NCBI GenBank assembly: GCA_040900375.1
Contig: JBBDZC010000003.1
Coordinates: 586 to 64,585 of the forward strand
DNA: 64,000 nt
Origin: Candidatus Anderseniibacteriota bacterium
GTDB lineage: Bacteria; Patescibacteriota; Andersenbacteria; UBA10190
Reading direction: 5' to 3'
Each line of letters opens with the position of its first letter. The stretch's first letter is position 1. Shown in pieces: positions 55,460 to 64,000 of this stretch. The position numbers and the translations under genes are program-made. Under the pieces are notes generated by a model. That model saw nothing but the letters and a program-made list of their open reading frames with translations. It was not told the DNA's origin and did not search any database.

Positions 55460-57751
55460 TTGTCACCAGTTTTTTGGACCGTGGCCGATATTTCTCTTCT
55501 TAATAAACATCGCCCTCTATTTTTTCTGGCAATAGTGTTAGCTCTTGCCTTCTATCCGCTGTGGCTCGGCAGGTTTTATGCCATCGGTGACATGCGTGAT
55601 GTCTTTATTCCCCTAGAATTGTTTTTTCAACAACAGCTCCGCATCGGAAATCTTCCGGCATGGCATCCCGATGTAGCGTGGGGGTTTCCGGCAATTGCCG
55701 CCGCCCAGATTGGATTTTTTTACCCCCCGCTTCTCCTCGGCCGCCTCCTCCCCCTCTGGTTCTATCTCCCCCTTATTCTTGTCCTCCATTTTTTTGCCCT
55801 CGCTTGGGGCACATTCTTATTTCTGAAGAAACTTTCATGTACTTCCCAGGCTGCGGTTTTGGGCAGCATCTCGTTGAGCCTCTCGGCGTTCCTGTGGCAG
55901 CATCTCACCCATCTCAATATTACTCTCATCCTCGCTTGGCTACCCTGGCAGCTTTTAGTTGCCCACCGGCTGGCAGAGAAACCTACTCGTTGGCAATATC
56001 TTCTGGGAGCGGTTGTGACTATTGCTCTACCCTTTCTTGCCGGCCAACTCCAACTTCCCCTAATAATGGCCGCCTTTACAACAATCTACTTTTTTAGGCA
56101 ATCGAGAGCCCATTCCCATTTCTTCCGGAATACAGCATGTATCTGGATAATTATCACTCTGGCCGTCATCGCTGTCAGCGCCGTTCAACTTTTACCTACC
56201 TTGGAACTACTCCTTCATTCCTCGCGCGGTAGCGGAGGCGCATGGGACAGCGGGCGAGCTAATCAACATAGTTTTCCGCTATACCATCTTCCTACGCTGC
56301 TTTTTCCCCGTTTCTTTGGAACTGATAGTACCTATTGGGGAAAACGTCTAGAGATTGAGTACGGTATTTTTATTGGCACCATACCGCTTCTCTTGAGTCT
56401 CTGGGCTATCTGGCGCTTTAGGCCAAGCCACAGATTCTGGGTAGCTACTGCCACTATTTCGTTCTTGCTTGCCTTAGGCAGCGCCTCTCCCTTTCGTCTC
56501 GTGGGGCTAGAACCTTCCCTATGGTACTTTTCCGCCCCTGCCCGCTGGCTGGTGTTGACGACGTTGAGCTTAAGCATCCTGGCTGCTTTTGGCTATGACT
56601 ACCTGCGCCAGCATGCTGCCTCTTTTCGCAAGTTTTCCGCGCGCGCCAGTTGGCTTCTGGCAACAGTGGTAGCTGTAGCCAATATTGCCATCTACATTGC
56701 GCCACATTTTCTTGAGCGTCTTCTTAATTATGTTCAGTCAAACATTCCCTCTCTTTTGACCGGCCGGCCGGTCAATTACTACGAGGAGAAAGTGCGGCAG
56801 CTTTTAACCAGCATTCAGGACACCAGCGTAAGCCTCGCCTCGCCTTTCACGTGGCTGACACTCATGATGCTACTACTTACTCCTTGGCTTGTTAGTTCTA
56901 AGCGGTGGTACAAACTTCTGATCGCGGCGGCTGCCCTAGAGCTGATTCTGATTGCGGCGACCAGTACTCCCACAATTTCGTGGCGCAATATTTTAACTCC
57001 TCCCCAATCACTGTCTGTCCTGCCAGCTGCCGTGCAAGAAAAGCAAGCGCGGTTATTATCTCGACGTGAGGGGGGAGACACCGGCGCTTATTTCACCAAT
57101 CCTGCCTCACGAGCTGACACAGCCCTGCGCGCGCAGCAACGCCAGTTACTCCTGCCCCTCATGCATGCCCAATACCAAATAGCGGGGATCGAGTGGCCTG
57201 CTTCACTTGACCTACAGAGCCACGCTCATTACCGCGAGCGCTTGCAGGATGAGAGCGGCAATATTAACACGCCGTTGGCTGAATATCTTAACATTGGTGC
57301 GGTCTTAGTTCCGCCTGACTTGTCTCAACCAGAGAGCCTCTCTCTCTACCGCGAGACTGACGCCGTTAAGGTATACCAGATAGCGGCTCGCCCTCGCGCC
57401 GAGGTAGTAACCGTGACGGGTGAACCCATTGCCGATACACAAGCTTCGTATCGAGAAACAAGTGCCAGTACGGCAGAGATCCAAATAGATACTTCACAAC
57501 CCAGCCTGCTTCTGATCCGCAATACGTGGTACCCCGGCTGGCGAGCAACAATTGATGATAAGCCAGAGGCAGTTAAGCCAGTGAGCGAAATATTTCAGGG
57601 AGTAACCATACCGTCAGGTCGCTACGTAGTTAAGTTAAATTACCAGCCAACCTGGCTCTACGTAGGCCTTAGTGTCTCGTTAGTAGCCAGTTTACTGCTG
57701 GGACTCGGAGTAGTATATGCCAGGCTTTTCAAGCCCGTTTCTAGGGCTTGA
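55460..57751 (+). CDS. YfhO-like GT-C membrane glycosyltransferase
   Basis: GD...LPAW...GFP...FYP N-terminus, SAVQLLP, WYPGWRATID, VTIPSG...LNYQP and a terminal TM helix. Confidence 0.85.
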   Translation: MSPVFWTVADISLLNKHRPLFFLAIVLALAFYPLWLGRFYAIGDMRDVFIPLELFFQQQLRIGNLPAWHPDVAWGFPAIAAAQIGFFYPPLLLGRLLPLWFYLPLILVLHFFALAWGTFLFLKKLSCTSQAAVLGSISLSLSAFLWQHLTHLNITLILAWLPWQLLVAHRLAEKPTRWQYLLGAVVTIALPFLAGQLQLPLIMAAFTTIYFFRQSRAHSHFFRNTACIWIIITLAVIAVSAVQLLPTLELLLHSSRGSGGAWDSGRANQHSFPLYHLPTLLFPRFFGTDSTYWGKRLEIEYGIFIGTIPLLLSLWAIWRFRPSHRFWVATATISFLLALGSASPFRLVGLEPSLWYFSAPARWLVLTTLSLSILAAFGYDYLRQHAASFRKFSARASWLLATVVAVANIAIYIAPHFLERLLNYVQSNIPSLLTGRPVNYYEEKVRQLLTSIQDTSVSLASPFTWLTLMMLLLTPWLVSSKRWYKLLIAAAALELILIAATSTPTISWRNILTPPQSLSVLPAAVQEKQARLLSRREGGDTGAYFTNPASRADTALRAQQRQLLLPLMHAQYQIAGIEWPASLDLQSHAHYRERLQDESGNINTPLAEYLNIGAVLVPPDLSQPESLSLYRETDAVKVYQIAARPRAEVVTVTGEPIADTQASYRETSASTAEIQIDTSQPSLLLIRNTWYPGWRATIDDKPEAVKPVSEIFQGVTIPSGRYVVKLNYQPTWLYVGLSVSLVASLLLGLGVVYARLFKPVSRA

Positions 57752-57776
57752 AGACATGTTACTCTAACTACTAACT

Positions 57777-58985
57777 ATGCCGCGCCCACTCACTCTCTTA
57801 TTCTCTGTACCCACTGGCTACAATGCTCGGGAGTTGCTAACCCCCCTGCAAGAGCATTTGGAACGAGATGAAGCTGTGGGCTCCGTTATTTGCCTCACGC
57901 CGGCTGCCGCCGCTCATCAAGAAATCTTTCCCTCGTTTACTAAGAAATTCCGTTTTATTGCCAATCCTGCGCGCCAGACGCTCCATCATAAACTTTTACA
58001 ACAACTGGCTCCTGACATAGTCGTTACGCCCACCGCGGGCCTCGATCATCACGACACGCCGATTCTTCGCGCCAGCCAGCAGCTAAACATCCCCAGCCTT
58101 ACTTTTATCTCAAGTTGGGACAATGTTTATAAAATGGAGCGCTTCCAAAAATATGGGAAGGCTTACGAGCTCGCTGACCACCTCGTGGTCTGGAATCAAA
58201 TGATGCATGATCACCTCCGTAAAATCTTCCCCCATCTAAAATCTGAAGCAATTTCCATTATCGGTGCGCCGCGTCTCGACTTCTTTACCCACACCGATCG
58301 CCTCCCGTCAAAAAAGACTCTCTTGCAGCATCTTGGCCTTCCCTATGACCGAGGTAAAATCATCCACCTAGCTACCACCGAACTCTATCCTATGGGGTAC
58401 ATTGTCCAGACCATAAGAGAAGCAGAAACTAGCGGAAAAATTCCCCATCAGCTCCATATATATGCTTCTGTTCATCCGGGCGGCGACCTCTCCAAGCACC
58501 GGGCCTATGCCCGCCAATACGGTGTGGTCTTGGGCTATTCGTTTGGGCGCCGCGAATCTTCATCCCATCCTAATTTTCTCTATAATCCTACCCGTGAAGA
58601 AATTTATTTGCTCGTCGCCTTATTTAAGCACGCAGATGTACTGGTTAACCACAGCTCCACGGTCGCAATTGAATCACTTTTCGCAAATGTCCCCGTTATC
58701 AATGTTAAATATGGTCAACCTCTCGATTGGTGGCGTTGGTATCGGTCTATGGTTTATCGAGACTTTCAACAACACTACGCTGACATCACGGCGGGACAGG
58801 CAACCACTATTGTCCATAGTAAGCGAGAGCTCATCCAAGCTTTAAACAAGGATCTTGCCGATCCAGGGCATCTGGCGGCCGCGCGGCAGCAAACCCTTAA
58901 AAGGATAATCACAACAATTGATGGCACGGCTGGCAGGCAACTCCTTGACAAAATTAAACAAATCGCCGTACAACGAAAGACTTAA
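57777..58985 (+). CDS. GT-B protein, CDP-glycerol glycerophosphotransferase-like
   Basis: SWDN, VWN, GAPRLD, VHP and SSTVAIE motifs. Confidence 0.65.
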   Translation: MPRPLTLLFSVPTGYNARELLTPLQEHLERDEAVGSVICLTPAAAAHQEIFPSFTKKFRFIANPARQTLHHKLLQQLAPDIVVTPTAGLDHHDTPILRASQQLNIPSLTFISSWDNVYKMERFQKYGKAYELADHLVVWNQMMHDHLRKIFPHLKSEAISIIGAPRLDFFTHTDRLPSKKTLLQHLGLPYDRGKIIHLATTELYPMGYIVQTIREAETSGKIPHQLHIYASVHPGGDLSKHRAYARQYGVVLGYSFGRRESSSHPNFLYNPTREEIYLLVALFKHADVLVNHSSTVAIESLFANVPVINVKYGQPLDWWRWYRSMVYRDFQQHYADITAGQATTIVHSKRELIQALNKDLADPGHLAAARQQTLKRIITTIDGTAGRQLLDKIKQIAVQRKT

Positions 58986-59004
58986 AAGCATTGCTCTAAA
59001 GGCT

Positions 59005-59655
59005 ATGAAAACCCGAGGTGCCATTACTTTTGTGTTTGATGACGGCTACCAAGTAATCCATGAGGTGGTCGTGCCTTTACTTGATCGCCTGGCCCTCCCC
59101 GGCGTTTTTGCTATCCCGTTGACTACCAAGACTGTCGCCCAAACTGAAGACCGGCCAGTAACACCCTGGCAGCAGTGGCAGCACATTCATGCTCGTCATG
59201 AAATCGCTGCTCACTCAATTGACCATCTCAACTTAACAACCTGTGATTCGACGCAATTAGCCCATCAACTACAGGAACCCCAACAAACACTTCATGCTAC
59301 TACTTTGGTGTACCCTGGCGGGGCCTTTAACCAAACTGTGCAGCAGGCAGCGAGCAGCTACTATACCGCTGCCCGCACGGTCCAGCGCGGGTTGTCTACT
59401 TTGCCTCCCCGTCAACCGTTGCAGTTACCGACGTATAATTTTACCCGTCATAATTTTTCCGTTAGCCGCGCTAATTATCTGGCCACTGTCGCCTGGGTAA
59501 CAAACCGCTGGTTGATTGAAACGTATCACCTCATTGATAATAACGAACATGAGAAATTACACGCGGTGAAATTAGATGACTTCACGCGGCACCTGCAATT
59601 CGTGAAATATCTCCCGGTGCGTGTGAGTACCATCCGCGATATTATGAGCGCTTAA
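59005..59655 (+). CDS. Polysaccharide deacetylase (NodB/CE4-like)
   Basis: TFVFDDG, HEIAAHSIDH and YPGG motifs. Confidence 0.88.
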   Translation: MKTRGAITFVFDDGYQVIHEVVVPLLDRLALPGVFAIPLTTKTVAQTEDRPVTPWQQWQHIHARHEIAAHSIDHLNLTTCDSTQLAHQLQEPQQTLHATTLVYPGGAFNQTVQQAASSYYTAARTVQRGLSTLPPRQPLQLPTYNFTRHNFSVSRANYLATVAWVTNRWLIETYHLIDNNEHEKLHAVKLDDFTRHLQFVKYLPVRVSTIRDIMSA

Positions 59656-59659
59656 CCCT

Positions 59660-60460
59660 ATGAAACTCTCCGCCATTGTTATCACTAAAAATGAGTCAAC
59701 AACCATTGCTCGCTGTCTTAAGAGCCTAAGTTTTGCTGACGAGACGATTGTCGTTGATGCTCATAGTGATGATGATACCGTCGCCCGGGCAGAGCATTGT
59801 GGCGGCCGCGTCTTTACCCGAACATGGGCAGGCTATGGTCAACAGAAAAATTTCGGGGCGGCGCAGGCCCGAGGCGAGTGGTTACTATTTATTGATGCGG
59901 ACGAAGAAGTAACCCCGGCACTACGGGAAGTGATCCAAGCTACGCTGGTGGCACCTAAGGCTGATTTTTATTGGCTACGGACCGTCAATATTTTTTTGGG
60001 TCAACCCCTTTATCATCTCTATGGCCATAATCCTCGTCTTTTTAAAAAAGGCAGGGGACAGTGGAGTGCCCGCTATGTTCATGAACAGGTTGAACGCTTT
60101 GCTACCCCTACCACCGAGAAGATAGTCATTACCCTAGGCGACCCTTATTCTCGTCTTCTCTCTGAACCACTCTTACACCATTCACACCCCTCAATCCACT
60201 CTTACCTTGAGAAAATGCATCGGTACACTTCACTCGATGCTCAATACATGCTCACCACTCACCGCCATCGTTCTGGCCGAGTTATCACTCCTTCAGTGAT
60301 GCTGCCGTGGACCCTCGCCGTGCGCCAATTTATTAAATTATTACTGTATCGCCGCGGCCTCCTCGATGGCTGGCCAGGAATATTGTGGTGCAGTTTATCA
60401 GCCTACTACGAGTGGGAAATGGGTAAAAAATACCTTGCCCTTAAGCAACAGCGTCCATGA
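59660..60460 (+). CDS. GT2 glycosyltransferase (WaaE/KdtX-like)
   Basis: ITKNE, SDDDT, GYGQQKN, IDADE and VHE motifs. Confidence 0.9.
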   Translation: MKLSAIVITKNESTTIARCLKSLSFADETIVVDAHSDDDTVARAEHCGGRVFTRTWAGYGQQKNFGAAQARGEWLLFIDADEEVTPALREVIQATLVAPKADFYWLRTVNIFLGQPLYHLYGHNPRLFKKGRGQWSARYVHEQVERFATPTTEKIVITLGDPYSRLLSEPLLHHSHPSIHSYLEKMHRYTSLDAQYMLTTHRHRSGRVITPSVMLPWTLAVRQFIKLLLYRRGLLDGWPGILWCSLSAYYEWEMGKKYLALKQQRP

Positions 60461-61605
60461 GAATAGTCCATACCTGTCTGCGGTATCCGCCCGCCAGTGG
60501 CGGAGTCGAGACATACGTGCAGCAAATTGTTGAAGGGACAAGGGATATTGATAACATGCGCGACGTGCGGGTGCTCACGAGCAAGCTGCGTACTCATGGC
60601 CCCCTCTCTCTGCTTAATCCCGAAGAACTTCTGGATGATCCGCCATACGTGCAGCGTATCCACCATCTGGCCACGCCAGGAATTTCTTATCCCCGCCTCC
60701 AGGCGCTGCGTTACTACTTAGGCCACCACCAGCCCGACGTAATTCATGGCTATAGTTTTTGGTATCAACCAGCCGATATCGCCGCCCGTTTTGCCCAGCA
60801 GCATCGTATCCCCTTCATCTTTCACCCCCTGTACTATACCAATGAAGTTCGTCGCAAACTTATCTGGCGACTCTATAAAAAACTCTACGGCATCCATACC
60901 TTTGCCGCCGCTGACGTGGTGGTTGTTATCTCACCCTACGAACAATCACTACTAGCACACGAAGGCTTTCCCTTGAAGCGCTGTGTTCTCATTCCGCCGG
61001 GAATTGATACTGGCGCCTACACTCGTTCCCGCTCTAACCCCTATCAATTTGATCCCACCCACCCTGTTCTTCTGGCCGTCAGCCGACTAGCGCCCGGCAA
61101 GGGCCTCGATGAACTGATCCGAGTTATGCCATTGGTCCAACGAGAACATCAGACAGTACAATTAGTGATCATCGGCGAAGATTTTGGTGCGCGCCGTAGC
61201 CTGATGGCGCTTGCTACGAGCCTTGACCTAACAGCCACGGTCCACTTTTGGGGCAAGGTTACCCAAGAAAAATTAATTGCGGCATACCAACATGCGACTC
61301 TCTTTATCCATCCCTCGCACTATGAAGCCTTTGGTATCGCGGTCGCCGAAGCCGAGGCGTGTCGCACACCAGTTATCGCCCGCAATAGCACTGCCTTGCC
61401 TTTCGTGGCTCCCCATCAGCAAGTAGGCTTGCTCTACTCCCAGCCATCCGATTTAGTCCAAGCGATTCTCACACTCCTGTCACGGCCCACCCTGCGCCGC
61501 CAATATGGTGAAGCAGGCCTACGACACATCCAGCATAACTTTTCACTGGGCACGACTATAAAAAAAATGACCAACCTCTATGATGAGCTTAGTCAATCCT
61601 CATGA
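60457..61605 (+). CDS. GT4 glycosyltransferase
   Basis: YPPASGGVE, SRLAPGKG and PSHYEAFGIAVAEA motifs. Confidence 0.92.
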   Translation: MRIVHTCLRYPPASGGVETYVQQIVEGTRDIDNMRDVRVLTSKLRTHGPLSLLNPEELLDDPPYVQRIHHLATPGISYPRLQALRYYLGHHQPDVIHGYSFWYQPADIAARFAQQHRIPFIFHPLYYTNEVRRKLIWRLYKKLYGIHTFAAADVVVVISPYEQSLLAHEGFPLKRCVLIPPGIDTGAYTRSRSNPYQFDPTHPVLLAVSRLAPGKGLDELIRVMPLVQREHQTVQLVIIGEDFGARRSLMALATSLDLTATVHFWGKVTQEKLIAAYQHATLFIHPSHYEAFGIAVAEAEACRTPVIARNSTALPFVAPHQQVGLLYSQPSDLVQAILTLLSRPTLRRQYGEAGLRHIQHNFSLGTTIKKMTNLYDELSQSS

Positions 61606-62657
61606 CTACCAATCAATCATCCCCCAAAAAAGTTCTTCTACTCGCTTTGTCTGGCATCGGTAATTTTCTTATGCAATCGCCTGTTTTTCAAGCGATCAAA
61701 CAAGCCCATCCCGGCTGGCACATAACCGCCTGGGTCGCTCCTCGCGGCACTAAGACCCTAGCTCACAATAACGCCTATATTGATGAGGTCATTGAAGAAC
61801 CAATCAAACGTAGCCTTGAACAACACTTGTCCTTAACCAGGCGACTACGTCAGTCACACTTTGATATTGGCATCGTCTTATCTCCGGGGCAATTAATCAA
61901 AAGCAGTTTATACCTTTTTGCTAGTAGCATTCCCGTCCGTGTCGGCCACTACTACCCTCTGGGTCACAATCCTCATAGTCACCTTTTCTTGACTCACGCT
62001 ATTCCTGAACAAGATAATTTGCATGACATTGAACAAAACTTATCATTGCTCAATCTCCTTGGTATCCCCCCCGCCTCGACTCCCGTCCAGTACAGCCTCG
62101 TTATTCCCATTACTGCGCAAAAACAAGCCGAAGTGATGCTGGCCCAACTCCAGCTCCCCCTTAGTAAAAAAATTATTGGTTTCCACGTCGGCTCCGCTCC
62201 GCAATTTCACTGGAAGCGCTGGCCGCTCGAATACTTTGCCGCAATAGGCCGTCAGCTGATTGAGCGAAATGCTCACATTCTCCTCCTGGGCTCGCTTGAT
62301 GAAATAGGCCCGATGAAAAAAATGAGGCGGCTGCTGGGTAGTGATACCACAATCATTACCGCTGACCTTTTAACCACTGCGGCTATTATGCAACATTGCC
62401 GTGTGCTTGTATCAAACGATTCAGGACTTATGCATGTGGGCGCGGCGACCGGGGTTAAAACCTTAGGATTATTCGGCCCAACTGACGAGAAAAAAACCGG
62501 CCCACGCGGGCCAAAAAGCTATGTTGTCCGCGCCCCCGGTACGAGCCCGGTGTACCATACAGAGAAGAACTTTAGCCTAGGCATACGACCGCACGAGAGT
62601 CTCGTGGCGCTTAAACCCGCCCAGGTTATAAGAACTATCACAGACTTGCTGTCGTAG
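61602..62657 (+). CDS. GT9 (heptosyltransferase-like) glycosyltransferase
   Basis: GIGNFL, KRWP and NDSGLMHVGAATG...LFGPT motifs. Confidence 0.9.
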   Translation: MTTNQSSPKKVLLLALSGIGNFLMQSPVFQAIKQAHPGWHITAWVAPRGTKTLAHNNAYIDEVIEEPIKRSLEQHLSLTRRLRQSHFDIGIVLSPGQLIKSSLYLFASSIPVRVGHYYPLGHNPHSHLFLTHAIPEQDNLHDIEQNLSLLNLLGIPPASTPVQYSLVIPITAQKQAEVMLAQLQLPLSKKIIGFHVGSAPQFHWKRWPLEYFAAIGRQLIERNAHILLLGSLDEIGPMKKMRRLLGSDTTIITADLLTTAAIMQHCRVLVSNDSGLMHVGAATGVKTLGLFGPTDEKKTGPRGPKSYVVRAPGTSPVYHTEKNFSLGIRPHESLVALKPAQVIRTITDLLS

Positions 62658-63879
62658 AGGCACGGCGAGCTGCTGCTTGATAAACAGTCTCATGTTGCCG
62701 AGCAATAAGATCGGGATCCAGATGTGTTATAACCCAGCGCTGGGCCGCTTCTTGGATCTTCTTCCGGTCAGAAGCTCCAAGGTTAAGCGCCGTCACTAAC
62801 TGCTCTTGCAGAGAGGCCACCGATCCTGCCTGACACAGTAACCCGGTAACACCATGATCTACAATTTCTCCTGGGCCACCCCTATTACTGGTGACCACCA
62901 CCCGTCCCCGCGCCATTGCTTCCACCACTGTTCGGCCAAAAGGTTCTATCCAGATATGAGGCGCCACTACCACCAGGGCTTTATCATAAAAGGCGTGAAT
63001 TTTATCCCACGCCACACGCCCCGAAAAAATAACACGCTGTTGTAAACCCTTACTGGTAACAAAATGTTGGTATTGTTTCTTTTGCGCTCCTTCGCCGACA
63101 ATTTTTAACTTAACATCGGCAAACTCGGCCGCGATATTGGCAAAAGCCTCAAGCAATACCCCTACTCCTTTATACATTTCGACTGTGCCGACATAGAGGA
63201 TTTCTTTTGTGGGCGGCGTAACTGCCGGCACGGTCAGATATTCCCTCGGCACCGGATTATAGATTACGTGCGTGACCTGGCCACGTAAATCTTGTTGTTG
63301 CTGGATCTCACTCCGGTGCGTGCGGGAAATAAAAATCTGGTGAGGAAATTTCTGAAAGGCGAGGCGGCGGTAATTAATATTGTATTTGTACTGCCACACG
63401 CGAAATGGTTTGCGCCACCAAGGGGCTTCCCTCACTCGATGATTGCGGACCACGTCTGGCCATGAGCAGTGACAGCGACGGCCATCAGACAAAATATTGT
63501 TAGTTGAGCCGCAGACTTGCGCATAATCACGAGCCGTAACCACAGCGTGAGGGTACTCTAATTCACTTAACGCCAGAGCACTACGAAAATCGTGCGCGTG
63601 AATAATGTCATATTGGCTGGCGTCACCAATCACGCGGGCTAAAACCCGCGCCATTTTGCGCGCGTGGGCGCGTTCAAAAAGAGGTTTAGCATCAAGCGAC
63701 AACGGCAAGCGGTGAACTACTACTCCCTGCAAATTATATTCTTCGTCTGCCCCGCCAGCAGTAATGACACGCACTTGGTGGCCTCGTTGTTGCAGGCTGG
63801 CCGCAATATAATGAGTTGATAATTCGCCCCCACCCTTACTCACTGGTGGGTAAAGCGCCGAAAGAAAAAGAAGCTTCAT
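62638..63879 (-). CDS. GT4 glycosyltransferase
   Basis: YPP..GGGE, KGV and EPFGRTVVEAMA motifs; start at MKLLF. Confidence 0.92.
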   Translation of the reverse strand: MKLLFLSALYPPVSKGGGELSTHYIAASLQQRGHQVRVITAGGADEEYNLQGVVVHRLPLSLDAKPLFERAHARKMARVLARVIGDASQYDIIHAHDFRSALALSELEYPHAVVTARDYAQVCGSTNNILSDGRRCHCSWPDVVRNHRVREAPWWRKPFRVWQYKYNINYRRLAFQKFPHQIFISRTHRSEIQQQQDLRGQVTHVIYNPVPREYLTVPAVTPPTKEILYVGTVEMYKGVGVLLEAFANIAAEFADVKLKIVGEGAQKKQYQHFVTSKGLQQRVIFSGRVAWDKIHAFYDKALVVVAPHIWIEPFGRTVVEAMARGRVVVTSNRGGPGEIVDHGVTGLLCQAGSVASLQEQLVTALNLGASDRKKIQEAAQRWVITHLDPDLIARQHETVYQAAARRASTTASL

Positions 63880-63880
63880 A

Positions 63881-64000
63881 TTATCCTTCATCTACCACCT
63901 GACGATAAACATCAAGCTCCTGTTGGGCAGCCGCTTTCCAGGAAAATTGACGAGCTCGCGCAAGCCCCCGCGTACGCAATTCACGCGCCAAGGCCGGTTG
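63881..64000 (-). CDS. C-terminus of a GT4 glycosyltransferase (partial)
   Basis: Manual translation QPALARELRTRGLARARQFSWKAAAQQELDVYRQVVDEG*. Confidence 0.8.
   Translation of the reverse strand, partial: QPALARELRTRGLARARQFSWKAAAQQELDVYRQVVDEG

Noticed and set aside
57728-57752. Hairpin TTCAAGCCC/GGGCTTGAA at the end of the YfhO-like gene
   Set aside because: Single copy overlapping the stop codon, with no U-tract on the coding strand. It is probably an ordinary pause or stability hairpin.
44475-62657. Visibly C/T-rich plus-strand gene block as a foreign island
   Set aside because: No integrase, tRNA or boundary repeats. By eye the bias fits replication strand skew on genes oriented opposite to the ribosomal operon; not quantified.

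Overview
Chromosomal window from a bacterium using genetic code 11. The gene content suggests Patescibacteria/CPR (inference): short AlaRS, membrane-anchored MurF, baseplate-J-like membrane protein, TraG/HerA-like ATPase plus partner, sigma4-HTH protein, few Shine-Dalgarno sites. Layout: (1) infA-rpmJ-rpsM-rpsK-rpsD-rpoA-rplQ-rplM-rpsI operon; (2) alaS, LOG, ATPase pair and sigma4-HTH gene; (3) peptidoglycan genes dac-mraY-murD-ftsW-murG-murC-murB and murF-DegT-FemAB; (4) about 40 kb of surface-glycan genes (GT2/GT4/GT9, three flippases, three GT-C-like proteins, an O-antigen-ligase-like protein, a deacetylase), interspersed with a SpoIID protein and a two-component pair. No rRNA, tRNA, CRISPR array or transposase was seen. 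The most interesting signals are non-coding. Four copies of a ~110-bp TTGAC-bounded element fold as a cloverleaf, and its central loop is complementary to its own end-to-end junction. A TTTAT-targeting IS200/IS605-like mini-element family includes a 45-bp copy inserted in frame in a glycosyltransferase. A third, inverted-repeat element sits next to the TTGAC element twice. A dense, partly phased array of TTGAC (-35-like) sites lies upstream of a gene whose product has a sigma70 region-4 recognition helix. Also found: an apparent CTG start for infA behind a structured leader, and an internally deleted Nif3 pseudogene. All structures and family calls were made by eye; no database search was run.
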